Shown: piece by piece, positions 1 to 9,010 of the stretch
Numbering within the stretch: position 1 is the first letter of the stretch
How the letters are laid out: the number at the start of each line of letters is the position of its first letter
Assembly: GCA_034002885.1 (NCBI GenBank)
Contig: JAVEZS010000008.1
Span: 6,001 to 70,000 of the forward strand
Direction of reading: 5' to 3'
Length of the DNA stretch: 64,000 nt
From: Bacteroidales bacterium
GTDB taxonomy: Bacteria > Bacteroidota > Bacteroidia > Bacteroidales > VadinHA17
Notes under the pieces: generated by a model
What the model saw: only the letters and a program-made list of their open reading frames with translations
Database searches by the model: none
What the model was told of the DNA's origin: nothing
Translations under genes and position numbers: made by a program

Positions 1-1426
1 TGCGGTTCCCATATCCTCAATGGTGAAGGAAGCCCTTAAGGATTTCGGTCTTGATCCAAAGTCGGTACTGCGTACAAAGAATATGTTCGCACTTGGAATG
101 GTTTACTGGCTCTTCGACCGCAAGCTGAAATATACCCTACAGTATTTTGAGAAGAAATTTGCAAAAAAGCCCGAGATGATAAAGGCAAACACCATTGCCC
201 TGAGGGCTGGTTACTTTTATGCCGAGACAATCGAGGCGCTTGCACCGGTTATTAAAATAAATCCTGCACCTATTGCCAGGGGAAAATACAGAAGTATTTG
301 CGGAAATGTGGCAACTGCATGGGGACTAATGGCTGCAGCAGAGAAAGCAGGAATGAAACTCTTTCTCGGATCATATCCCATAACTCCTGCATCCGGAATT
401 CTTGAAGAGCTGGCCCTTCACAGGAATCTCCACGTGAAAAGCTTTCAGGCCGAGGATGAAATAGCCGGCATATGTTCCGCTCTGGGTGCAAGTTTCGCAG
501 GAAACCTTGCTGCAACATCAACATCAGGGCCCGGACTGGCTCTGAAATCAGAGGCGATCGGGCTTGCGGTGATGGCAGAACTGCCTCTGGTAATTATTGA
601 TGTCCAGAGAGGAGGACCTTCAACAGGACTTCCTACAAAAACCGAACAATCGGACCTTCTTCAGGCTCTTTTCGGAAGAAACGGGGAATGCCCGGTGGTA
701 GTGCTTGCGCCTACAACGCCATCCGACTGCTTTCGCTTTGCATTTGAAGCAGCCAGGATAGCACTCGAGCATATGACTCCTGTTATCCTTCTTACCGACG
801 GATACCTGGCTAACGGCACCGAACCCTGGAGAATCCCAGAAATGAAGGACCTGCCTGCAATAAATCCTCCTTTTGCCAAAGCTGACGAACAACCTTATTT
901 CCCGTATATGAGGGATTGTGAAAACTTTGTCAGGTCGTGGGCTATTCCGGGAACACCCGGACTGGAACACAGAATAGGAGGATTGGAAAAAACGATAAAG
1001 GGGACGGTATCTTATATACCAGAGAACCATGAGCTTATGGTTCATAACAGGGAAAACAAGGTGGCCAGGGTGGTCTCCAAAGTCCCCGATATAAAGGTTA
1101 GCGGTGCTGACTCGGGAGATCTTCTTGTTGTGGGGTGGGGTGGATCGTACGGATACCGCGTTGTGGCCGTACAGGAACTCCAGGCTGAGGGCTACAAGGT
1201 AAGCAATGTGACTTTCAATTATCTGAATCCCCTGCCTGAAAATGTCGCTGAGGTGTTCAGCAGATTTAAAAAGATAGTGGTGTGTGAACTTAACCTGGGT
1301 CAGTTCGCGAGTTATCTGCGTATGAAATTCCCCGAATTCAAATATGAGCAGATCAACAAGGTTCAGGGTCTGCCGTTCACGGTTAAGGAGATAAAGGACC
1401 AGTGTAAGGAAATTCTTGAAAGGTAA
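1..1426 (+). CDS. korA: 2-oxoglutarate/2-oxoacid:ferredoxin oxidoreductase alpha subunit (5' end cut by window edge)
   Basis: The frame is open from position 2 with no stop, so the gene begins upstream of the window. OFOR alpha-type motifs are present (GSYPITPAS, EDEIAG, QRGGPSTGLPTKTEQSDL). It is directly followed by the TPP-binding beta subunit. Confidence 0.85.
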   Translation, partial: AVPISSMVKEALKDFGLDPKSVLRTKNMFALGMVYWLFDRKLKYTLQYFEKKFAKKPEMIKANTIALRAGYFYAETIEALAPVIKINPAPIARGKYRSICGNVATAWGLMAAAEKAGMKLFLGSYPITPASGILEELALHRNLHVKSFQAEDEIAGICSALGASFAGNLAATSTSGPGLALKSEAIGLAVMAELPLVIIDVQRGGPSTGLPTKTEQSDLLQALFGRNGECPVVVLAPTTPSDCFRFAFEAARIALEHMTPVILLTDGYLANGTEPWRIPEMKDLPAINPPFAKADEQPYFPYMRDCENFVRSWAIPGTPGLEHRIGGLEKTIKGTVSYIPENHELMVHNRENKVARVVSKVPDIKVSGADSGDLLVVGWGGSYGYRVVAVQELQAEGYKVSNVTFNYLNPLPENVAEVFSRFKKIVVCELNLGQFASYLRMKFPEFKYEQINKVQGLPFTVKEIKDQCKEILER

Positions 1427-1430
1427 AGAT

Positions 1431-2453
1431 ATGGCTGAATCAGAAACAAATCAGTTAACGCCGAAAGACTTTAAAAGCGACCAGGAGGTGCGCTGGTGCC
1501 CCGGCTGCGGCGACCATGCCGTTCTGAACGCTGTGCAGAAAGCTCTTGCGGAGCTTGGTATCCCCAGAGAAAAGTACGCATTCATTTCTGGAATAGGATG
1601 CTCTTCACGCTTCCCTTACTATATGAATACCTACGGATTTCACAGCATTCACGGAAGAGCCTCTGCAATTGCAAGCGGAGTGAAAATTGCCAACCCGGAA
1701 CTTTCTGTCTGGCAGATTACTGGCGACGGCGATGCCCTGGCTATAGGAGGTAATCATTTCATTCATGCAGTAAGACGTAACATCGACATCAACATACTGC
1801 TTTTTAATAATGAAATCTATGGCCTCACAAAAGGGCAGTATTCACCAACATCCGAGAGAGGCCTCGTTACTAAAACATCCCCCTACGGAACGATAGAAGA
1901 ACCTTTTTCAGTTGGCGAGCTTGTAATAGGTGCAAAAGGAAAATTTTTTGCCCGGACCATCGACTCAAATGTTCCGCTCTCAACACAGGTTTATATCGAG
2001 GCGGCCCGTCATAAGGGTACTTCAGTAGTTGAAATACTCCAGAACTGTGTTATCTTCAACGACGGTATACATGATAAAGTATCAGGCAGGGAAGTTCGTG
2101 ACGAGCGTACCATTATCCTCAGACATGGCCAACCGATGGTTTTCGGGAAGAATGAAGACAAGGGACTGATCCTCGACGGACTGAAACTCAGGGTTGTTAA
2201 CCTCGGTGAAAACGGATACACAATAGAAAGTATTCTTGTTCATGATGCCACGGAACCCAATCCCGGTATCCATTATATGCTGGCGAACATGAGATATCCC
2301 GATTACCCGGTCGCACTTGGGGTGATAAGGGCAGTGGAGGGAGTGACTTATGAAGACGAACTTGGCAGGCAGATTGAAACGATCAGCAAATCGTCAGCCG
2401 TAAAATGCATGGATGATCTTATGAACAGCGGTTCGGTCTGGACCGTTGATTAG
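1431..2453 (+). CDS. korB: 2-oxoglutarate/2-oxoacid:ferredoxin oxidoreductase beta subunit (TPP-binding)
   Basis: RWCPGCGDHAVL and GDGDALAIGGNH motifs typical of OFOR beta subunits. ATG 1431 lies 4 nt after the korA stop. The track start at 1416 is a TTG. Confidence 0.88.
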   Translation: MAESETNQLTPKDFKSDQEVRWCPGCGDHAVLNAVQKALAELGIPREKYAFISGIGCSSRFPYYMNTYGFHSIHGRASAIASGVKIANPELSVWQITGDGDALAIGGNHFIHAVRRNIDINILLFNNEIYGLTKGQYSPTSERGLVTKTSPYGTIEEPFSVGELVIGAKGKFFARTIDSNVPLSTQVYIEAARHKGTSVVEILQNCVIFNDGIHDKVSGREVRDERTIILRHGQPMVFGKNEDKGLILDGLKLRVVNLGENGYTIESILVHDATEPNPGIHYMLANMRYPDYPVALGVIRAVEGVTYEDELGRQIETISKSSAVKCMDDLMNSGSVWTVD

Positions 2454-2547
2454 TACTTTTATATATACCTCCGGCTGATCCGATTCACCGTTGGCACCAC
2501 GGGGAAGATAAAGGAATTTTAGTAATTTTAAATCCTGCTTTTTCCCC

Positions 2548-5500
2548 ATGGACTCAAAAAAACATATTACCCCCGAATTCCACCGCCTCCTTCATGAGCA
2601 GAGAGAAAGACTGAAGGAGCTTGGTTGCATCAACCAGACAACTTATATCCTTAAGGAAAACAAGCCTGTGGAGGAAACACTCCAGCAGATTGTGCTTCTT
2701 CTTCCTGATGCATGGCAATACCCGGAATACACTGTAGCAAGGATAACCTTCATGCAGAATGAGTTCGAATCGCTCGACTTTCAGGAAACGAAATGGGAAA
2801 TGGCTCAGGAATTCAATACTATCGATGAAGAAAAAGGTACTATTGAGATCTTCTATACAAAAGAATTCAGGGAGGAATATGAGGGACCTTTTCTGAAGGA
2901 AGAAAGAGATCTTATCGAAAATATTGCCAGCCTTATAACAGGATACATCAACAGCTACAAAGCCCGCGACCTTTTCAGAAAGTCAGCGCTTCCCTTAAAG
3001 GAAGAGGAGGATCCCAAGACTATTTCAAGCAAAAAGCTTCTTCAGAGATTTCTGGACCGGCACAATGCAGAACGTGACATTTTCCACGATCTTCAGCCCT
3101 TCAAGGTAAAGGAGATACTCCTGGTGGCAAATCTTTACGACGCCTACTCCATTGAGGGAGAGGGAAGATTTGCTGACCATATACTTGGAGAATACTACCA
3201 TATGAGCCTGACCACGATACCAAGGGTTACAGGGGTTTCGAGCGAGGAGGAAGCTTTTGTGAGGTTGAGAGCCAGGCATTACGACATGGTAATCATAATG
3301 ATGGGAGTCGATAAGGAAAGCCCGGTGGAAATGTGCCGGAAAATAAAAGACAAATATCCCTACCTTCCTGCATACCTTCTTCTGAACAACCCGTCCGATA
3401 TGGCTTATTTAAAGAAGCAGAAAGGCATGAAAGCTCCTTTTGACAACTATTTTGTCTGGACCGGAGAATCGAAGGTTTTCTTTGCAATGGTTTCCCTCCT
3501 CGAAGACAGGGTTAATGTGGAAAATGATACCCAGAAAGGACTGACAGGTGTTATACTGCTTGTCGAGGATTCAGCCGACTATTACTCAAGCTACCTCCCT
3601 ATGCTGTATAACCTCGTCATGGATCAGACAAAACACCTTATCGATGATGTTTCAACCGATGAACTATACAAGGTGTTGAAGCTGAGAGGGCGGCCGAAGA
3701 TCCTCCTGGCTGATAACTGGGAAAACGCAATAAATATCTTTGATAACTACAGGAATAATATCCTGTGTGTCATCTCAGACATGAGCTTCCCCCGTAACAG
3801 CGAGATGAGCGAGCTTGCAGGATACGAACTGATAAAGCACATTAAAACCCACCTTCCCAATCTTCCGACAGTACTGCAATCCTCGGATCCCGATAATGCA
3901 AAGTACGCATTTAGTCTCAAGTCAAATTTTATTAACAAGAACTCTGAATCCCTCCTTCAGGACCTTAAATCTTTTATCAATTATTATCTCGGGTTTGGTC
4001 ATTTCGTTTACAGGGACAACCACGGCCGCCAGATTGCTGTTGCCCGGTCGATGAAAGAGTTTGAGGCTTACCTCGAGACCATACCTGAAGATTCCCTTGC
4101 CTATCACGCGATGAAGAATCACTTCAGTCACTGGCTGATGGCCAGGGGAGAAGTGAAAATAGCAAGACTGATAAACCCACTCAGGGTTTCCGACTTCGAA
4201 AGCCTGTCGGAGCTGAGGGAATTCCTTCTGAAAATCATAAGAAAGAGACGACAGGAACTCAACAAGGGAAGAGTAATAAATTTTGAGGAATCGGCTGCAA
4301 TCGATGAGACGAACGTTGTAAGCATGTCACCAGGCTCGCTTGGGGGAAAAGGACGCGGACTCGCTTTCGTAAATACCCTGATATACAGCTTTGAACTTGG
4401 CCGACTCATCAATGGCATAAACATCAAGGCACCCATTACTGTTGTGATCGGAACAGATGAATTCGACATGTTCATGGAAAGAAATCATCTCTGGAATCTT
4501 GTCAGGGATGAAAAGGACTTCGGTGAGGTACAAAAGGCTTTCCTTAAGGGTTCACTGAGTTATACTCTTGAGAAAAAGCTCCGGATTTTCCTGTCAAAGA
4601 TCACAAAGCCACTTGCGGTAAGATCTTCCAGCCTTTATGAGGATTCAATGAGTCAGCCATTTTCAGGGATATTCGGAACATGGCTCGTGCCTAACAACGA
4701 CCCTGAAAGGGATGTAAGGCTCCGTCAGCTTTCCGATGCTGTCAAACTTGTCTTCTCATCAATCTTTTCGGAGAACGCACGCTCCTATTTTGAAGCAATA
4801 AGCTATAAAATTGAACTTGAGAAAATGGCTGTGGTTATCCAGGAGGTCGTCGGTAACCGTTATGGCGATTTTTTTTACCCTCATGTCAGCGGGTCGGCCC
4901 AATCGTACAACTTTTATCCTGTTGCCCATATGAAACCGGGTGACGGTTTTGCAGTAGCAGCCCTCGGCCTTGGTCAGTACGTTATGGACGGAAACCTGGC
5001 CTACCGGTTCTCTCCGGCTTATCCGGCTCTTGAAATAATCTCCCAGAAAGATCTTTACAAGAATTCACAGGTTAGATTCTATGCTGTCGACCTTGCAAAA
5101 AAGGACCTTAACCTGCTTGAGGGTGAGAATGCCGGCCTCAGGATGCTTGATATCAGTGTTGCCGAAAGCCATGGAACCCTGGCACATATCGCTTCAGTTC
5201 TCAATCGTGAAAATGATACAATTATTCCGGGACTTGATGCAACCGGACCAAGGGTTATTAACTTCGCCGACATACTGAAGTACAACTATATCCCGCTGGC
5301 TCAGGCGATAAAGACAGTGCTGGATGTGGTCTCGGAGGCCTGTGGCACTCCAGTCGAAATCGAATTCGCAGTTGATCTCAGCAAGGATGCATCGGGAAAT
5401 GCTTCATTCTATCTGCTTCAGATAAAACCCCTTCACGGAACCGGCGCAGGTCACAATATCGATCCTTCAACTGTCGATCAGGACGAAGCGATATTGATAA

Positions 5501-6018
5501 CCAGCGAAAGCATGGGCAACGGAGTTGTTAACGATATTACTGATATAGTGTATATCGAACCTGACGAATTTGATAAAAACCTTACTATTGAAATGGCTGC
5601 GGAAATCTCATCAGTAAATGAAAAAATGGTAAAGGAAAACCGGAAGTATATTCTCGTCGGACCGGGAAGATGGGGTACCCGCGACAGATTCCTCGGGATC
5701 CCGGTTGCATGGCCCCAGATATCAAATGCAAAGGTTATTGTCGAAGTCTCTCTTCCCGACTTTCATGCAGATGCTTCACTTGGTTCGCATTTTTTTCACA
5801 ATATAACCTCTATGAATATAGGGTACTTTTCAGTCCGCCAGCATGGCACAACCGACGGCAGGAATATGATAAAATGGGAAAGCATAAGATCACAGAACAT
5901 ACAGAACAGGGGCAGATTCTACAGGCACGTCAGGTTTACTGACCCCCTTCTTGTGCGCATGGATGGCAAAAAGGGAATGGCAGTAATATCCATTAATCCA
6001 AAACAGAACGACAAATGA
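2548..6018 (+). CDS. Multidomain signalling protein: N-terminal sensor-like module, receiver-like module, receiver module, PPDK_N-type ATP-grasp (PEP/pyruvate-binding domain family), conserved C-terminal module
   Basis: 1156-aa uninterrupted ORF with an ATG start. Motifs: ERLKELGC...WQYPE...GPFLKEE (sensor module); ILLVEDS...CVISDMSFP...TVLQSS...FINK (receiver); GGKGRGLAF...AVRSSSLYEDS...PFSGIFGT (PPDK_N ATP-grasp); GPGRWGTRD...LGIPVAWPQIS...GSHFFHN (C-terminal module). Confidence 0.8.
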   Translation: MDSKKHITPEFHRLLHEQRERLKELGCINQTTYILKENKPVEETLQQIVLLLPDAWQYPEYTVARITFMQNEFESLDFQETKWEMAQEFNTIDEEKGTIEIFYTKEFREEYEGPFLKEERDLIENIASLITGYINSYKARDLFRKSALPLKEEEDPKTISSKKLLQRFLDRHNAERDIFHDLQPFKVKEILLVANLYDAYSIEGEGRFADHILGEYYHMSLTTIPRVTGVSSEEEAFVRLRARHYDMVIIMMGVDKESPVEMCRKIKDKYPYLPAYLLLNNPSDMAYLKKQKGMKAPFDNYFVWTGESKVFFAMVSLLEDRVNVENDTQKGLTGVILLVEDSADYYSSYLPMLYNLVMDQTKHLIDDVSTDELYKVLKLRGRPKILLADNWENAINIFDNYRNNILCVISDMSFPRNSEMSELAGYELIKHIKTHLPNLPTVLQSSDPDNAKYAFSLKSNFINKNSESLLQDLKSFINYYLGFGHFVYRDNHGRQIAVARSMKEFEAYLETIPEDSLAYHAMKNHFSHWLMARGEVKIARLINPLRVSDFESLSELREFLLKIIRKRRQELNKGRVINFEESAAIDETNVVSMSPGSLGGKGRGLAFVNTLIYSFELGRLINGINIKAPITVVIGTDEFDMFMERNHLWNLVRDEKDFGEVQKAFLKGSLSYTLEKKLRIFLSKITKPLAVRSSSLYEDSMSQPFSGIFGTWLVPNNDPERDVRLRQLSDAVKLVFSSIFSENARSYFEAISYKIELEKMAVVIQEVVGNRYGDFFYPHVSGSAQSYNFYPVAHMKPGDGFAVAALGLGQYVMDGNLAYRFSPAYPALEIISQKDLYKNSQVRFYAVDLAKKDLNLLEGENAGLRMLDISVAESHGTLAHIASVLNRENDTIIPGLDATGPRVINFADILKYNYIPLAQAIKTVLDVVSEACGTPVEIEFAVDLSKDASGNASFYLLQIKPLHGTGAGHNIDPSTVDQDEAILITSESMGNGVVNDITDIVYIEPDEFDKNLTIEMAAEISSVNEKMVKENRKYILVGPGRWGTRDRFLGIPVAWPQISNAKVIVEVSLPDFHADASLGSHFFHNITSMNIGYFSVRQHGTTDGRNMIKWESIRSQNIQNRGRFYRHVRFTDPLLVRMDGKKGMAVISINPKQNDK

Positions 6019-9008
6019 GCATTATCGAAGGAATTCACGACCTCCAGAAATATGATTTCACAGATACTTCCTTTGACCTGCTGATGCAGAAGAGAATTCA
6101 CAAGGTCCTGATAATATGCAGTAATTATGATAATTATATGCTTGAGGAGGATGGAAGGATCGACGAGCAGATTTTTAATGAGTATGTCTCCCTGAACCTG
6201 AGGTATCCTCCTAATTTTGTTCAGACCGACAACGCTGAGGATGCTTTCAGAATTTTAAAGGAGAACAAGATAGATCTCGTCATATCGATGCTCAGCCTCA
6301 GGGGAACAGATGTTTTTGCTCTGGCAAAAATGATAAAGGCAAGATATGAGCACATACCGATTGTTGTCCTTACTTACTTCTCAAGAGAGGTCTCACTTCG
6401 TCTTGAAGGAGAGGACCTGAGCGCTATAGATTATGTCTTTTGCTGGCTGGGCGATGCTTCTCTGATCCTGGCAATAATAAAACTCCTCGAAGACAAGATG
6501 AATGCCGACTTCGATATAGAGAATATAGGGGTTCAGGCAATAATCCTGGTTGAGAATTCTATAAGGTACATTTCTTCATATCTCCCGAATCTTTACAGGA
6601 TAGTGCTTCAGCAGTCGATCGATTTTCAGAGGGAAGCCCTCAACGAGCATCAGCGTATGCTAAAAATGAGAGGGCGACCGAAAATTTTGCTTGCTACAAA
6701 TTATAATGATGCACTCGAGCTTTACAAGAAGTATAAATACAATGTTCTCGGAGTAATCTCTGACATAAGTTACAAGAAGGACAATGTGGTTAATGAGAAC
6801 GCCGGGATAGCGCTTTGTCAGGCTGTAATGGCCGACGATGACAAGGTCCCTTTCCTGTTGCAGTCGTCAAGCCTCGTGCACAGGAAGATGGCTGAGGAGC
6901 TGGGAGCAGGGTTTATCTATAAATACTCAAAGAACCTGTCGCTCGAACTCAGGAATTTCATTATCCAGAACCTTGCTTTCGGGCCTTTTGTCTTCAAGAA
7001 CCCCGATACCATGGAGCCCATAGCAATAGCCACAGACCTTCAGAGTCTTCAGCAGAAACTTCTTACAATACCGGATAAAACCCTTGAATATCATGCAACA
7101 AGAAATCATTTCTCAAAATGGCTCAATGCAAGAGCTCTTTTCCCTGTTGCACAGATGTTCAAGTATATAAGAAAAGAAGATTTCGATACCATGGACGAGA
7201 TGCGCCGCTTTCTTTATGTGGCCATCTCAAGTTTCCGGCTTGGAAAGGGGAGAGGAATAATCGCAAAATTCGATAAGTCGAGTTATGATGAGTACCAGAT
7301 TTTTTCGAGGATAGGAGATGCTTCAATAGGAGGAAAGGCAAGGGGTCTGGCCTTCATCAACAGGCTCATAAAGACACATAAGCTTTATAACAGATTTCCG
7401 GGGGTTCTCATAACAATACCCCGGACTGTGGTCCTTAGCACGGACATTTTCGATGAGTTTATGGATCACAATAACCTGTACTCGGTAGCACTTTCCGATC
7501 TTCCGGATGAGGAGATACTGAACCGTTTTCTTGCAGCTGAGCTTCCTGCAAGGGTTTATCAGGATTTCCAGGCTTTCCTGGCTGTTTCCCGGAACCATCC
7601 CCTTGCAGTCAGATCGTCAAGTAAGCTTGAGGACTCGCACTACCAGCCCTTCGCAGGAATCTATTCAACCTACATGATCCCGAGGCATCCGGATAACAGG
7701 AATATGGTCAGGCTTATTTCGGATGCTATAAAGGAGGTTTACGCATCAGTTTATTACAGGGGAAGCAAAGCATACATGACTGCAACCGCGAACCTTATCG
7801 ACGAGGAAAAGATGGGAATAATAATTCAGGAGGTTTGCGGCAACCGGCATGGAGACATATTCTATCCCACCCTGTCAGGCGTCGCTCAGTCGATAAACTA
7901 TTACCCCATAGGATCAGAAAAAGCCGATGACGGAATAGCCAATATAGCCATAGGGCTCGGAAAGCTTATCGTTGAAGGAGGATTGTCGCTCAGATTCTCT
8001 CCCAGACACTCAAAAAAGATACTGCAGCTGTCGTCAGTCGAAAATGCCCTTCGGGATACTCAGAAAGAGTTCAGGGCTCTTGACCTCAGGGTCGAGCATT
8101 TTGTTCCATCAACCGACGATGGAGTAAATATCTTGCGAATGGGGATAAATGAGATTAATAACGACGCTGCAATGAAATACGCTGCGTCAACTTATGATTA
8201 TAACAACAATATTCTGCGTGACGGGATTAACCACCAGGGTAAGAGGCTAATTACCTTTGCCAATATTCTCCAGCATAACCTTTTCCCACTGGCGGACATA
8301 CTGTGCACTCTGCTCGATCTTGGACAAAAGGAGATGAATAATCCTATCGAAATAGAGTTTGCTGCAAATCTTGAAACGCCTCCCGGTGTCCCCAAAATTT
8401 TTAATTTTCTCCAGATAAGACCAGTAGTTCACTCCGAGGAGACCTCTGTGATCAACATTGGGAACATAAAACCTGAAGATGCAATAATTTATTCCGAATC
8501 GGCTCTTGGTAACGGAGTTTTCAAGGGAATACGCGATATTGTCTATGTTAAGCCAGAATCGTTCAATCCGGCAAGAAACAAGGAGATAGCCGGTGATATT
8601 GAGCAAATCAACAGCAGGTTTGTTGAAAGAGGGGAAAGTTATGTCCTTATCGGTCCGGGAAGATGGGGATCGACCGATCCATGGCTGGGAATACCTGTAA
8701 GATGGCCGCAGATATCGGCGGCAAGGATTATAATAGAATCTGGCCTTAAGAGCTACAGGATAGATCCGAGCCAGGGAACCCATTTTTTTCAGAACCTTAC
8801 CTCATTCAGAGTGGGTTATTTTACTATAAATCCTTTTATAAAGGAAGGATCGTACGATGTCGAGTACCTGAACAAGGCCGACGTTGCCTGGGAAGACGGG
8901 AACTTAAGGCATATCAGATTTGATAAACCACTGGAGATCATGGTCGACGGAAAAACCCACAAGGGGATAATCCTGAAACCTGTAGCCGAAAGCCGGGATG
9001 AGTCATGA
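6015..9008 (+). CDS. Paralog of the preceding gene: receiver-like module, receiver module, PPDK_N-type ATP-grasp, conserved C-terminal module (no N-terminal sensor module)
   Basis: 997-aa ORF whose ATG overlaps the upstream stop (ATGA at 6015-6018). It is colinear with the upstream protein. Motifs: ILVENS...GVISDISY...FLLQSS...FIYK; GGKARGLAF...AVRSSSKLEDS...PFAGIYST; GPGRWGSTD...LGIPVRWPQIS...GTHFFQN. Confidence 0.8.
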   Translation: MSIIEGIHDLQKYDFTDTSFDLLMQKRIHKVLIICSNYDNYMLEEDGRIDEQIFNEYVSLNLRYPPNFVQTDNAEDAFRILKENKIDLVISMLSLRGTDVFALAKMIKARYEHIPIVVLTYFSREVSLRLEGEDLSAIDYVFCWLGDASLILAIIKLLEDKMNADFDIENIGVQAIILVENSIRYISSYLPNLYRIVLQQSIDFQREALNEHQRMLKMRGRPKILLATNYNDALELYKKYKYNVLGVISDISYKKDNVVNENAGIALCQAVMADDDKVPFLLQSSSLVHRKMAEELGAGFIYKYSKNLSLELRNFIIQNLAFGPFVFKNPDTMEPIAIATDLQSLQQKLLTIPDKTLEYHATRNHFSKWLNARALFPVAQMFKYIRKEDFDTMDEMRRFLYVAISSFRLGKGRGIIAKFDKSSYDEYQIFSRIGDASIGGKARGLAFINRLIKTHKLYNRFPGVLITIPRTVVLSTDIFDEFMDHNNLYSVALSDLPDEEILNRFLAAELPARVYQDFQAFLAVSRNHPLAVRSSSKLEDSHYQPFAGIYSTYMIPRHPDNRNMVRLISDAIKEVYASVYYRGSKAYMTATANLIDEEKMGIIIQEVCGNRHGDIFYPTLSGVAQSINYYPIGSEKADDGIANIAIGLGKLIVEGGLSLRFSPRHSKKILQLSSVENALRDTQKEFRALDLRVEHFVPSTDDGVNILRMGINEINNDAAMKYAASTYDYNNNILRDGINHQGKRLITFANILQHNLFPLADILCTLLDLGQKEMNNPIEIEFAANLETPPGVPKIFNFLQIRPVVHSEETSVINIGNIKPEDAIIYSESALGNGVFKGIRDIVYVKPESFNPARNKEIAGDIEQINSRFVERGESYVLIGPGRWGSTDPWLGIPVRWPQISAARIIIESGLKSYRIDPSQGTHFFQNLTSFRVGYFTINPFIKEGSYDVEYLNKADVAWEDGNLRHIRFDKPLEIMVDGKTHKGIILKPVAESRDES

Positions 9009-9010
9009 AA

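Noticed and set aside
8247-8783. 178-aa ORF on the minus strand, plus many other 60-160-aa antisense ORFs in the track
   Set aside because: They are embedded in long sense genes that have strong motif support. They have no recognisable motifs, start contexts or intergenic placement.
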